Shown piece by piece: positions 16,901 through 25,300 of a DNA stretch of 26,437 bases. Position 1 is the first letter of the stretch, and the number at the start of each line of letters is the position of its first letter. This stretch comes from a virus (lineage: Duplodnaviria > Caudoviricetes). The notes below the pieces were generated by a model, which was not told the DNA's origin, made no database searches, and worked only from the letters and a program-made list of their open reading frames with translations. The DNA is taken from the IMG/VR virus record IMGVR_UViG_3300020280_000012, positions 1 to 26,437 of that record. One strand, 5' to 3'. The translations under genes and the position numbers were made by a program.

Positions 16901-19900
16901 TATTGATCTCACTAACGGAACTCTAGAAACGGGTTATGGTGAATACACTGGAACCGATAGGGACATCAAGAGATCCTTTAATCTTACTCATAAGAATGAC
17001 AATATCTTTGAGAGAACGATTGCTGGAAACGATACTACTATTGTAAATCTTGATGCAAATAGCATTACTATTCCAAATCACTTCTATGTAACCGGTGAGC
17101 AGATTTCATATACATGTGCTGGAATTGGAACGACACAGGCAATTGGTATTGCAGAGACAACCTTTACATCAACTGGTCTTACAACATCATTACTTCCAGA
17201 GACTGGAATATTTGCAATTAAGATCAATGATAATACGATTAAACTTGCAAGAAGTGCAGAAGATGCTCTGAAATCAATTCCTAAGGTTCTTGATCTAACT
17301 ACGGTTGGTGTTGGAGCTGCTCATACATTTACTGCTACAAATCAGAATCCAAAGGTATTGATTGCCATTGATAATCTCATTCAGTCTCCTATCGTCTCTA
17401 CAGCACTTACAACAACACTTGCAGATGAAGTTGTCACTACCGATAACGCTGTTAAGTTTACTGGAATAACTTCATTCTTTGGTGGAGACCTGTTTAAGGT
17501 TGGTGATGAGATTATGAAGATTGAAGGTGTTGGTATTGGAAGCACAAATAGACTTGTGGTTCGTAGAGGATGGATGGGAACAAACATTCAATCTGGTCTT
17601 GCAACTGGAGATTTAGTAACAAAAGTTGTTGGAAACTACAACATTGTCAGAAATACTCTGAACTTTGTCGAAGCACCATACGGAAATACTCCAATTGGAA
17701 CTATTACTAATCCTCCCGATCAGAGAGACTATCTTGGAATATCGACTAGTTCCACTTTCCAAGGTAGATCCTTCCTGAGGACTGCTGCACCAAATACGAC
17801 GAATGAGACGTACTATAGAAACTACGTATTTGATGATCTTTCCGATCAATTTAATGGTATCGATAATGAATTCACATTAAAGTCTAGTGGATCTGATATT
17901 AGTGGCATTTATAATGAAGGTGCTGTCGTATTAGTGAATGATATATTACAAACACCTGGTGAACTCAATAACTATACCCTTGACGAAACTTCTGGTATAA
18001 CAACAATCACTTTTGTTGGAACTGCTAGAGACATCTCTAATGATGTTGGTCTAAGCACCTTCCCAAGAGGTGGAATGATTGTTTCTGTTGGATCTCAAGA
18101 AGGTCTTGGATATCAACCTTTAGTTGCTGCTGGTGGTACAGCAGTTGTGTCTGCTGCTGGTACTATTACTTCAGTCTCAATCGGTAATAGCGGTTCTGGT
18201 TATAGATCTGGAATACAAACAAATGTATCCGTAGGAGTACAATTACCAGATCTCTCTGGAACTACTATTGTTCCTATTGGAATTGCTTCTGTTGCTGATG
18301 GACACGTAACCTCTGTAGCAATTACAACTGATAGAGTTTTCTATGCACCGCGTGCTGTTTCAAACGTACTTTACAATAATCTGACCGGTCTTACTACGGT
18401 TACTACCTCAACTAATCATGGATTGGTTCTGGATGATGAAATTCTAGTTGCTGGAATTGCATTCACTTGCGATTACACTGGATCTGGTCCAGTTAATGTA
18501 ACGAATGCAATCTATGATAATGTAACCGGTATTATGACCGTTACAACTTCGTCCGCACATAACTTGTCCACAACAGGTCAGAAGAGTGATGTAATCCTAA
18601 CTGGATTAGCATTTACATGTGGATTGGATGGTGGGTCATCTACTCACGTTTATCCAAGAACAACTGATCCTGCTTACTGTGGAGCAAAAGTAACTGCAGT
18701 CAACAGTTCTACTGAATTTGTAATTAACGCTGGAGTTTCTACTGTACCAACCTTCTATCAGAGTGGTGGAGTTGCACAACCTGCTCTTATTGCACCTAGA
18801 GCAAGTAATCATTCTGCAAGCGGATCTGATCCAGCAGCAGTTAAGACGGGTGTGCTTAGAGTCATTGATAACACTACGTTTGAGATCAATACTGGTATTT
18901 CTACAAGAGAGCACTTCTATGCAAGATGTGGATCTGTTAAGAAACCCATTGACATTGTATTTGATAATCCTGTTTCATATTCTGGGATTGGACTTACATA
19001 TGCCTCTGGTTCTGCAGGAATTGGAAGTGCAGCCACTGTTGATATTGTAGTTGGACAAGGATCTAGTGTTATTGATTTTGAGATTAGAAATACTGGATAT
19101 GGATATGGAAATGGAGAGACACTTACAGTTGCTATTGGTGGAACGACAGGAATTCCTACCACATCTTCGTTCTCCTCAGCAAACCAGTTTGAGATTGAGA
19201 TTGAGGATGTAATTAGTGATGAGTTTACTGGATGGTCTTTAGGTGTTATAGAAACACTTGATGATGTTACTGACTATATTGATGGAACAAGAATCGACTT
19301 CCCATTATTGAGATCTGGTGTTCCTGTATCCATCAATAAGTCCAAGGGATCTAAGATCGAACTCGATCAGTTACTTATTATTCTTGTTAATGGGATACTC
19401 CAAGTTCCTGGAGTCTCCTATGAGTTTAACGGTGGTTCTCAAATAACATTCACAGAGGCATTAAAGGTTGGAGACACTCTTACAATCAACTTCTATAAAG
19501 GAAGTGGAGATGAATTAGATGTTATTGAGAGGGAAGTAATTGAGACTATCAAATATGGAGATGAAGTAACTCTCAATTATAATCCAGATCTTGGTCAGAA
19601 ACCATATCAGCAGGAGAATACTAGAACTATTAGCACCGTCACTAATGTTGACAGAGCTAATACTCTTCCATACTTCGGACCTGGTAATACCAGAGACACT
19701 ACTTTTGAGAGACCAATTACCTGGTGCAGACAGACTGAGGATAAGATTATTAACGGACAAGAAGTTGGTAAAGATAGAGAAATCTACGAACCAGTTATTA
19801 ACCCAGTGGCAAACATAATCGCTCCACTTGGAGTTGGATCTACTATCGTTTATGTGGATAGAATTAGACCTCTGTTTGACCTTAATAATGAAAACGCAGA

Positions 19901-20783
19901 CTCTAACTTCAGAGAAACTCTCAGAAAAGAAGTTACTTTGGCGAATCCAGAAGTAACTGTAGGTGCCTCTGCAACTGCCGTAGTATCAACTGCTGGAACA
20001 ATAACATCAATTTCTATTACTAGTGGTGGAGTTGGATATTCTACAACTCCAAATGTCAGTATTGGTACTGGAACAACCACTGCAACTGCAACTGCAACAA
20101 TCAGTGGAGGAGTTGTCACTGGAGTTACAATTACTAATGAAGGATCTGGTTACACCCAGTCTAATCCACCATTAGTTCTTATTGGTCCTCCTGCTAAGCA
20201 AACCGAAACTAATGAAGTACCACCAACTGGTTACTCTGGAGATTCTGGTATTGTTGTTGGGTTTGGAACTACTGTTGTTGGTGGAGCAAATCAAGTAATC
20301 TTTGACCTACACATTCCATATGATTCTTCTATGAGAGATACTACTCTTGTTGGGACAGCAGTAACTTTAAGTGGAATGTCTACTGGAGATTACTTTATCG
20401 TTAGAAATTCTAACGTTGGATCAGCAACTACATCTCTTGGAACTGATAACTCGACAGTTGTCGGTGTTGGTAATTCTTTTGCCGATAGCGTATATGTAGT
20501 CAAATCTACCGAACTACATACAAGAAGTGTTGTAGGTGTAAACACAACTATCTTGAGAGTATTCTCAAATGTTACAAGTCTCCCTTCAGGAATATCTGGA
20601 ATAACAACCGCACCATTCTTTGGTGAATATTCCTGGGGTAAGATTACCCTACAAGCAAGAACCAAAGACATTTCATATCCAGCACATACATTGTCTGGAA
20701 TTGGAACAAATGGATTGACTGGTATATCTACCTCGTCTAAGGTTTATAGAACCAAATATGTAAGGTTCAAAAAATTCACATGA
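7971..20783 (+). CDS. gp7: Giant baseplate wedge initiator, gp7-like structural protein, 4270 aa
   Basis: Lies between gp6 and gp8. N-terminal QLPTYV...FLKQYY, KDFYTSKGTDESYKILFKALY and LQDNFYYQNFSYSLKS...HTLGFKKFG are gp7-like segments, with many Gly/Ser/Thr-rich beta repeats inserted. Confidence 0.82.
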   Translation: MAETRIKFSSIVKNQLPTYVENEFPLISEFLKQYYIGQEYKSGPVDLIQNIDQYVKLDEQTSINHEIVLNGDIDEFATTINVDIGASPRGTELFPSSYGLLKIGDEVISYTGKTNTSFTGCIRGFSGITSYKSDENPGELVFSSTSAADHKSGASIENLTCLFLKEFLNKTKIQLLPGLSERTLSSDLNQNIFIKQSKDFYTSKGTDESYKILFKALYSVDVEVIKPRDNLFTPSNAKNLVTSNFLVEPINGDPSNVESRTIFQGDNDETYTSIYDVEKVSAGVGRTFYRLAYDDGYNRDARALGSTVGTFKIAPKTHVIGNVSAGSTFIDVDSTVGFPNSGEIYVRYPNGVSATVGIVSYTSKTLNQFLGCTNIKEDMVDGDFVTTQNFATVKPDQVPSGDEINVRITPVLSGFSKQDSIFDYKTGDAFKIKTLGIEDDTFKFRNWLYNNSVKYSISEIELIDNVSPRVYRLTLTKDNYLLLGDIVTITSASGQESFSADVSDIISSKVVTIKTAGTLTIGADYTLMKNLRKAKSSPFPQINKFHANIQNVYKKQYGDSLLVAANSLPSYQDRPLVATKSSKVFSGTFLGETLNITNHGFYSGDAVYYTPQKVVNTIAAGDGETVEETTITSSLFGGETGGEGVYYVQRIDHDNIKLGKSPANLYSSQFVSIETATTVTDNILDQYDLRLKSLEPQKLYREISTPINTNVEVETKPGATGILVNGVEILNYKSKDIIHAGKVESVQVTAPGNGFDVINPPKLSISDPVGTGATGFLAINGSLRELQILERGFDFTEVPTVSINGGNGQNAKALVNTKLISHSAEFFSDPQSDRVKLGANLSTIGFSTYHKFRNGEELVYKTDSQQGVGGLSTNATYFAEVIDATTIKLHDTIGNAVAGINTVTLSFYGIGKHRLECSNKKLVVDSVNVVDSGSGYENKKRSVISSGINTSSNSILIVDHDYKSGEIVKYSAGSSASGGLTDATEYYVTVVDNDEFKLSECGPTDDKAFFYRTKQYVDITSTGTGTHHFNYPPITVSVKGSVGIATVTGIEKSAYEATVQPIFRGEVTSVHLSDNGSDYGTNEVLNFNKTPDVSIISGQNGQVTPIVSADGRILEVIIENIGSRYTSIPNLNIISSSGIGCVLTPIIENERLKEIRVIESGSGYVSGDVSIEVVATEREAEFLPKLQTWRVNLFEKAYDNNIIRDDDVIIQKSLNDNFGLQCYALYAPRALRQMVYSVDSTGNTLYGKSDLKLVSSQEAIFTDHSPIIGWAYDGNPIYGPYGYSKIDGGVVTLMKSSYKLNSSRVGGPPTSIFPLGFFVEDYTYCESSEDDYLDENNGRFCITPDYPNGTYAYFTTINSNTVESSGAFRNYRLPTFPYVLGDKYYSTPNEFNFKTSSNQDDYDVADNKWCRNTLPYNLRETGVDNPYIYSPDDLSQTGEIVSTNRGIIEKIDVTSSGDNYKVGDTLNFSDTDPTGFGAAGKVSRLKGREITNLTTSTIELQNVEIIPSTRKGSYVVESTNPSNIVGLDIITVSGVSTTSSKIEGDYVVGVSSEKFALVGLGTTGVAVGNTSVTGLVTFFNVDANLVNSSIVPNDVLGIGTEKVKVLNIDVKNSRFRVLRSVNGTVGSSHTVGSIITEDPRRFTINAGFKTTYNFRKNKELYFEPSETVGLGTVPVGIGSILQFSSFGLNTIGLGTTFGSSTLAVPIKSLYLKNHNLKTGDIVTYSSNGGEGLVYNEFGNIGLAKTLSDGQQLFVARISNDLIGIATQRVGLGSTGGFDGVGNSSKTLFFTEVGVGNSHSLKTNYTNITGDITKRTVTATTSVNHGIKAGHFVDLDVNPSFATTYKVKYNDTHRRVLVGIETFSAVGVNSTTNTISIVGHGYESGDKVIHSSTSPCGGLDNDKIYYIVRVDDDNIKLSNTYYDSTNIKPGVVGITSTSFGEFGLINPHIDAYRSSTLNFDLSDATLAHTSQSTQYSAFKLNFYLDSSCTKLWETDQSSSKFSVSRSGQPGISTDAKTVVSIGNTTPDTLYYKFDPISDVVLPKEKTEILSDTEVLQNNTIICRSSVYNGNRRVSIAGTNFFTFELAEVPEANSYVSTSSSITYTTDCTHTTGPISTVDVTSAGKNYTTLPSILSINSVQGVNADLVASSKNIGTIEKVKLNDIGYDFPSDATLKPSASLPQIINVDTFAKIDNIEITSGGRGYTSAPDLIFFDGKTGNQITDLATKYSLGDSNVTILSNTRGINNSIPTVLPIRNSNGVGISTVGFSTITNDVTVELSVGFSAAETFPFVVGDKVMIENVSIAGTDKGYNSKDYAYKLFTLTEVTPNIGGRGSVKYNLADDLKSGEVPGTIDLINSAGMIIPEKYFPTFDIVTETSDYLPGETVVTNGKEGVVQSWDRETKTVRVLSSDAFVGGEVIKGLTSEVAGAASKVTSYESYFETNVSSQIFSGNQTGSGFINDNLQRLQDNFYYQNFSYSLKSTIPFDTWKDAVSSTNHTLGFKKFGDLQVESASPSMVVGLSTDLTDVTVVSSLDGFVDTNCVFDFDIATENNLNFSDGNNILSNEIILNNKILTDFTESSGNRVLSVDDLGPQFNSNPRATAFTTLNTFKLSDFRFRKYFTYLRDKRFTQERQAMIVDLIHDGSFGYINQYARVETVYDQGSFDFAISGTEGELRFFPTKSSVNDYDITTLSYNLNDNFLSTGSTAIGGVLIDSDSTIVTSGSPATIVSIGNTYHSLKVLVEIAPDVTNPSYGNTATFNSSEFEAQELNIVHDGSDVSILEYGKLTTNSGAFSAVGFGTYTAYLDGSNIKVDFNPSSGIGTNAVVNTVIVGLSSITSGISTLDMKHARLQSTMTDIASSGSPTENVVAEYPSHISTQEDRYDAGYFMIQVHDTTNDRYEFLEYFIVDDHIEGESTGETFDTEFANIQTHSGLGTFGCKVIANAVGLAATTQVLFTPISGIDATVHVYTNALRIEDDNKDVIDLTNGTLETGYGEYTGTDRDIKRSFNLTHKNDNIFERTIAGNDTTIVNLDANSITIPNHFYVTGEQISYTCAGIGTTQAIGIAETTFTSTGLTTSLLPETGIFAIKINDNTIKLARSAEDALKSIPKVLDLTTVGVGAAHTFTATNQNPKVLIAIDNLIQSPIVSTALTTTLADEVVTTDNAVKFTGITSFFGGDLFKVGDEIMKIEGVGIGSTNRLVVRRGWMGTNIQSGLATGDLVTKVVGNYNIVRNTLNFVEAPYGNTPIGTITNPPDQRDYLGISTSSTFQGRSFLRTAAPNTTNETYYRNYVFDDLSDQFNGIDNEFTLKSSGSDISGIYNEGAVVLVNDILQTPGELNNYTLDETSGITTITFVGTARDISNDVGLSTFPRGGMIVSVGSQEGLGYQPLVAAGGTAVVSAAGTITSVSIGNSGSGYRSGIQTNVSVGVQLPDLSGTTIVPIGIASVADGHVTSVAITTDRVFYAPRAVSNVLYNNLTGLTTVTTSTNHGLVLDDEILVAGIAFTCDYTGSGPVNVTNAIYDNVTGIMTVTTSSAHNLSTTGQKSDVILTGLAFTCGLDGGSSTHVYPRTTDPAYCGAKVTAVNSSTEFVINAGVSTVPTFYQSGGVAQPALIAPRASNHSASGSDPAAVKTGVLRVIDNTTFEINTGISTREHFYARCGSVKKPIDIVFDNPVSYSGIGLTYASGSAGIGSAATVDIVVGQGSSVIDFEIRNTGYGYGNGETLTVAIGGTTGIPTTSSFSSANQFEIEIEDVISDEFTGWSLGVIETLDDVTDYIDGTRIDFPLLRSGVPVSINKSKGSKIELDQLLIILVNGILQVPGVSYEFNGGSQITFTEALKVGDTLTINFYKGSGDELDVIEREVIETIKYGDEVTLNYNPDLGQKPYQQENTRTISTVTNVDRANTLPYFGPGNTRDTTFERPITWCRQTEDKIINGQEVGKDREIYEPVINPVANIIAPLGVGSTIVYVDRIRPLFDLNNENADSNFRETLRKEVTLANPEVTVGASATAVVSTAGTITSISITSGGVGYSTTPNVSIGTGTTTATATATISGGVVTGVTITNEGSGYTQSNPPLVLIGPPAKQTETNEVPPTGYSGDSGIVVGFGTTVVGGANQVIFDLHIPYDSSMRDTTLVGTAVTLSGMSTGDYFIVRNSNVGSATTSLGTDNSTVVGVGNSFADSVYVVKSTELHTRSVVGVNTTILRVFSNVTSLPSGISGITTAPFFGEYSWGKITLQARTKDISYPAHTLSGIGTNGLTGISTSSKVYRTKYVRFKKFT

Positions 20784-20791
20784 TTTTTTGT

Positions 20792-20799
20792 AATAAATA
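20792..20799 (+). promoter_or_regulatory. T4-like late promoter for gp8
   Basis: AATAAATA 20 nt upstream of ATG 20820, preceded by the A/T inverted repeat CAAAAAAT...ATTTTTTG (20768-20790). Confidence 0.7.
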
Positions 20800-20819
20800 A
20801 GTAAAAAAGTCCGTCAAAA

Positions 20820-22373
20820 ATGGCTGCTATTATAACTGATCAGGTAAGAATATTAAACGCGAAAAATTTTGTCGCAGGAATTGCCAATGCAGACAATTCC
20901 TATTATTCTTTTGTTGGACTTCCAAATCCGACAGATTATTCTTCGACATGGAATGATAACCCACCTTCTCCCAAAGATAACTTTGATGAGGAGAATGATT
21001 ATTGGGACACAATGATTGCAATGAAGAGGATTAATGCCTCTGATGTAAGACAGGTTATTCCTAAAAGAAACTGGTCTTCTGGTACTACCTATGATATGTA
21101 CCGTCATGATTACAGCAGATCTAATACATCTGCTGTTTCTGGATCTACAAATTTATATACATCAAACTTTTACATTTTAAACAGTGACTATAGAGTTTAC
21201 ATCTGTCTCCAAAACGGAACCAATCCAGAGAATACTCTCGGTAGACCATCTCTGGATGAACCAACTTTCACCGATCTAGAACCAAGGGCAGCAGGAACTA
21301 GTGGTGATGGATATATTTGGAAGTATCTTTACACGATTAAACCTGCAGATATTACTAAGTTTGATTCCACAGACTTTATACCAGTTCCAGCAGACTGGAG
21401 CACCAGTAATGATACTGCGTTGGTTAGAGAAAATGCTGTAGATGGATCAATCAAAATCGTTAATATACTTAACCGTGGAGTTGATTTAGGAACTGCAAAT
21501 GTTACCTATACCAGAGTTCCTATTAGTGGTGATGGAAGTGGTGCTGAATGCACGGTCACTATTGATGGTGATTCAAAGATTGATACAGTTACCGTATCAT
21601 CACAAGGATCTGGATATACCTTTGGCACTTTAGATTTTGAGGCAGGTGGAATTCCAACAGGAACTACTAGACCATCTTTCGATGTAATTATCACACCACA
21701 AGGTGGTCATGGTGCAGACATCTACAGAGAGTTAGGTGCATATAGTGTATTGATGTACTCAAGAATTGAGAGTGATAATGAAAATCCAGATTTCATCACC
21801 GGTAACCAATTTGCAAGAATCGGTATTGTAGAAAATCCACTTTCACCAGCAGGCGGATCCGTTCTCACTGTAGATAAAGCAAGTGCAGTAACTGCTCTAA
21901 AATTAACTGGAGTGGGATATAGTGAAGCAACATTCACTGCCGATGCTTTTGTTACTCAAACAGTTGGAACTGGCATCACTGCTGTAGGTAGAGTTGTTAA
22001 TTACGACCAAAATACAGGAGTTCTTAAACTCTGGCAAGATAGAAGTGTAGCAGGATTTACAACTGCAGGAATTGGTATTACAAATCCAACCTACGGATAC
22101 ACGTTAAGAGAATTTACCGGAAGTCCTACAGGAACTGGAACCCTGACAATTACTCCGACAACAGGGTTGCAGTTGAGTATTGATAGTTCGTTTAGCGATA
22201 ACAAAACCACGATAAATAATCGTACATATTATCTTGGAATGGATTTCACTACAGGTGTTGCATCCCCAGAGGTAAAACCGCATTCTGGAAACATTATATA
22301 CGTAGATAATAGACCATCTATCACAAGATCGTCAAACCAAAAAGAAGACATAAAAGTTATCTTGCAGTTCTAA
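20820..22373 (+). CDS. gp8: Baseplate wedge subunit, T4 gp8-like, 517 aa
   Basis: MAAIITDQVRILNAKNF, WDTMIAMKRI, NSDYRVYICLQNG, DGYIWKYLYTI and C-terminal SGNIIYVDNRPSITRSSNQKEDIKVILQF are typical of gp8. Confidence 0.93.
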   Translation: MAAIITDQVRILNAKNFVAGIANADNSYYSFVGLPNPTDYSSTWNDNPPSPKDNFDEENDYWDTMIAMKRINASDVRQVIPKRNWSSGTTYDMYRHDYSRSNTSAVSGSTNLYTSNFYILNSDYRVYICLQNGTNPENTLGRPSLDEPTFTDLEPRAAGTSGDGYIWKYLYTIKPADITKFDSTDFIPVPADWSTSNDTALVRENAVDGSIKIVNILNRGVDLGTANVTYTRVPISGDGSGAECTVTIDGDSKIDTVTVSSQGSGYTFGTLDFEAGGIPTGTTRPSFDVIITPQGGHGADIYRELGAYSVLMYSRIESDNENPDFITGNQFARIGIVENPLSPAGGSVLTVDKASAVTALKLTGVGYSEATFTADAFVTQTVGTGITAVGRVVNYDQNTGVLKLWQDRSVAGFTTAGIGITNPTYGYTLREFTGSPTGTGTLTITPTTGLQLSIDSSFSDNKTTINNRTYYLGMDFTTGVASPEVKPHSGNIIYVDNRPSITRSSNQKEDIKVILQF

Positions 22374-22379
22374 AGAATT

Positions 22380-25300
22380 ATGCCACAGCAGACTAACCTC
22401 AACGTAGCACCATATTTTGACGATTTTGATGCGACGAACGACTATCACAAGGTGCTTTTTAAGCCTGGATATCCTGTCCAGGCAAGAGAATTAACGACTC
22501 TGCAGTCTATTCTGCAGAATCAGGTAGAAAAGTTTGGTCAACACTTTTTTAAAGAAGGTGCAAAGGTAATTCCAGGAAATACTGGATATTCCAGACTGTA
22601 TTATGCTGTCCAACTGGCAAATACTTTCCAGGGTGTCCCTGTTGAAGCATATGCAGATCAGTTAGTTGGAACAACCATTACTGGTCAAACTTCTGGAGTT
22701 ACTGCTGTTGTTGACAGCATTATTCCTTCTGCAGATTCTGAAAGAGGTAATTTAACTCTTTATATTGCGTATCAAGGTTCTGCTAGAACTGATAACACAA
22801 CTCAGACATTCTCAAATGGAGAATCATTGACATGTAATCAAGTATTGTCTTCTGGATTACTTGGAAATTCTACTATTCCTGCAGGAGCTCCTTTTGCAAG
22901 CACTTTAACATCAAATGCTACTGCTACTGGATCTGTATTCCAAATCGAAAGTGGCGTATACTTCATTCGTGGACACTTTGTAAACGTAAGCAAAGAATCT
23001 TTAGTATTAGACCAATATTCAAACACTCCTAGTTACAGAATTGGTCTCTTTGTCAATGAAGAGATTGTAAACTCAAATACTGATGAATCTCTGAACGATA
23101 ATTCTCAGGGATTTAATAATTATGGCGCTCCAGGTGCAGATAGACTTAAGATTTCTGTAAGTCTGTTTAAAAAAGCACTTGATGATTTTAATGACGATAA
23201 TTTCATTCTTTTAGGAACTGTCATTAATGGTGTCTTGCAGACACCAACTAGAAGAGGAAGCACAAGACCTGGTGGAAGCGTCTTCTATGACGATCTCACC
23301 GATGTGTTAGCAAGAAGAACATATGACGAAAGTGGTCATTATATTGTAAAACCATTTAATATTTCTCTCGTAAATTCACTGAATAATAATCTTGGTAACC
23401 AGGGTTTATATGAAGAGGGTCAATTCACCGCAGGTGGTTCTACTCCTACCGATGATTTATCAGTTCTTAGAATATCCCCAGGTAAAGCATATGTCAAGGG
23501 ATATGAAGTAGAAACGATCAGTCCAACTTTCATCGATGTAGCAAAACCAAGAACAACCAGAACTATTGAGGACCAGTTTCTTCCATATAATACTGGACCC
23601 ACATTAAAACTCAATGCTGTTCATAGAGCACCAACTGTAGGTGTTGGAAATACTTTTATTCTAAGTCTGAGAGATCAAAGAGTAGATGCTGCAGAAATTG
23701 CCGCAGGAAAAGAAATCGGATTAGCAAGAGTATTTGATTTTAGATTAGAATCTGGTTCTTATAACTCTTCATTCCCAGATGAGAATGAGTGGGGTATGTC
23801 GATGTATGATGTACAACCATATACTGAGTTGATAATCAACCAGGCTACTGAATTGCAAGTTCCTGCATATGTTAAAGGTAATAGTAGTGGAGCAACTGCA
23901 TTCTTAAGAAGTCCTGTAAATGCAGGAACTGCTTTAACTGTATATGATAAAAAAGGAGACTTCATCAACAATGAAGTTCTTGTTATTACTAGTGGAATTT
24001 CTACTCAGGCAGTATCTATCAACAGAACTGTTACTAACATTAATGCATTTGGAATATCTGATGTAAAATCAGTATATTCTAATACTGGAATTGCTGCTGG
24101 GACTAATGGTGATGCTATTGCAGGTATTAACACGTTTAGTGCAAACGTAGTACAAACAACTTCTAGCATTATTGGTGTTTCTTCTATTAGTGCTATTAAC
24201 CTGGTAACTGGTATTAGCACTATTACAAGTTCCAATAAAAACTTCCCAGGAAACTTAAAGGTAAATAATCTGATTCAATATTCAGATCCAACAACCTCAG
24301 ATGATCCAATCATGGCTAGGGTTGTTGGAATTGTAACTGCAGCAAGACAAGTTACTGTATCTGGAGTATCAACTATAACTGGAACTGTTGATGGAGCACT
24401 TCCTACTTCTAGTTTTACAACTTCTGATCTTGAGATTGTTACAACTCAATTAGATCCTTCCTCTGATAATACCCTCTTTACGCAATTACCACAACAGCAC
24501 ATTTCATCTGTTGATCTTACTGATGGTAGAATACAGATTAGAAAAACATTTAGTGTAACAATTACTAATAATCAATTAGATTCTACAAGCACGGCAGCAA
24601 TTACATTGCCTGTAGGTGAAACATATCTTTCATATAGTGATGAGAGATATGCCCTTATTAGATCTGACGGATCAACCGAATCCCTTTCCTCTGATAAGTT
24701 TGGTTTCTCTGCAGATCGTAGAGAACTTCAGATTAGAGGATTGGGGTCAAATAATGAAGGTGCTCAACTAATCGTCACTGTAGAAAAGACAAAACCCAAG
24801 GCAAAGAAAAAGGTTAATAATAGAGTCAAATCACTGGTTGTTGATAAGTCAATAAATCCATCTTCCGGAATTGGAACAACAACAGCAAATGATGGATTGA
24901 CTTATGGAAACTTCCCATTTGGAACTAGACTTCAAGATGAAATAATTTCATTAAATGATCCAGATATCATTGAAATTCATGGAATTTATGAAACATCAGA
25001 TGTATCTCTGACAAGTGCTAATTTTGGCGCACCAGAGATGGCACTGACTCAATTAAATGGACCTAGTGCTACAACTGGCGACATGATTGTTGGTGAATTA
25101 ATGATTGGTCAGACAAGTGGTGCTGTTGCAGTATTTGCTGAGGTTAAGGATACCTCTACTGTAAGATATCTACCTAAGAATAATTTTAAATTTGTTGAGG
25201 GAGAATCAGTAGAATTCCAAGAATCTTCGATTACTGGAGGAGTTAGTTCTTTAGATACTACCTCATTTAACATCTCATCCAATTACACATTCTCATCGGG

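Noticed and set aside
7971-20783. Intein, intron or frameshift as the explanation for the size of gp7
   Set aside because: The frame is uninterrupted, and I saw no intein splice motifs or homing-endonuclease signatures. Repeat modules account for the size.
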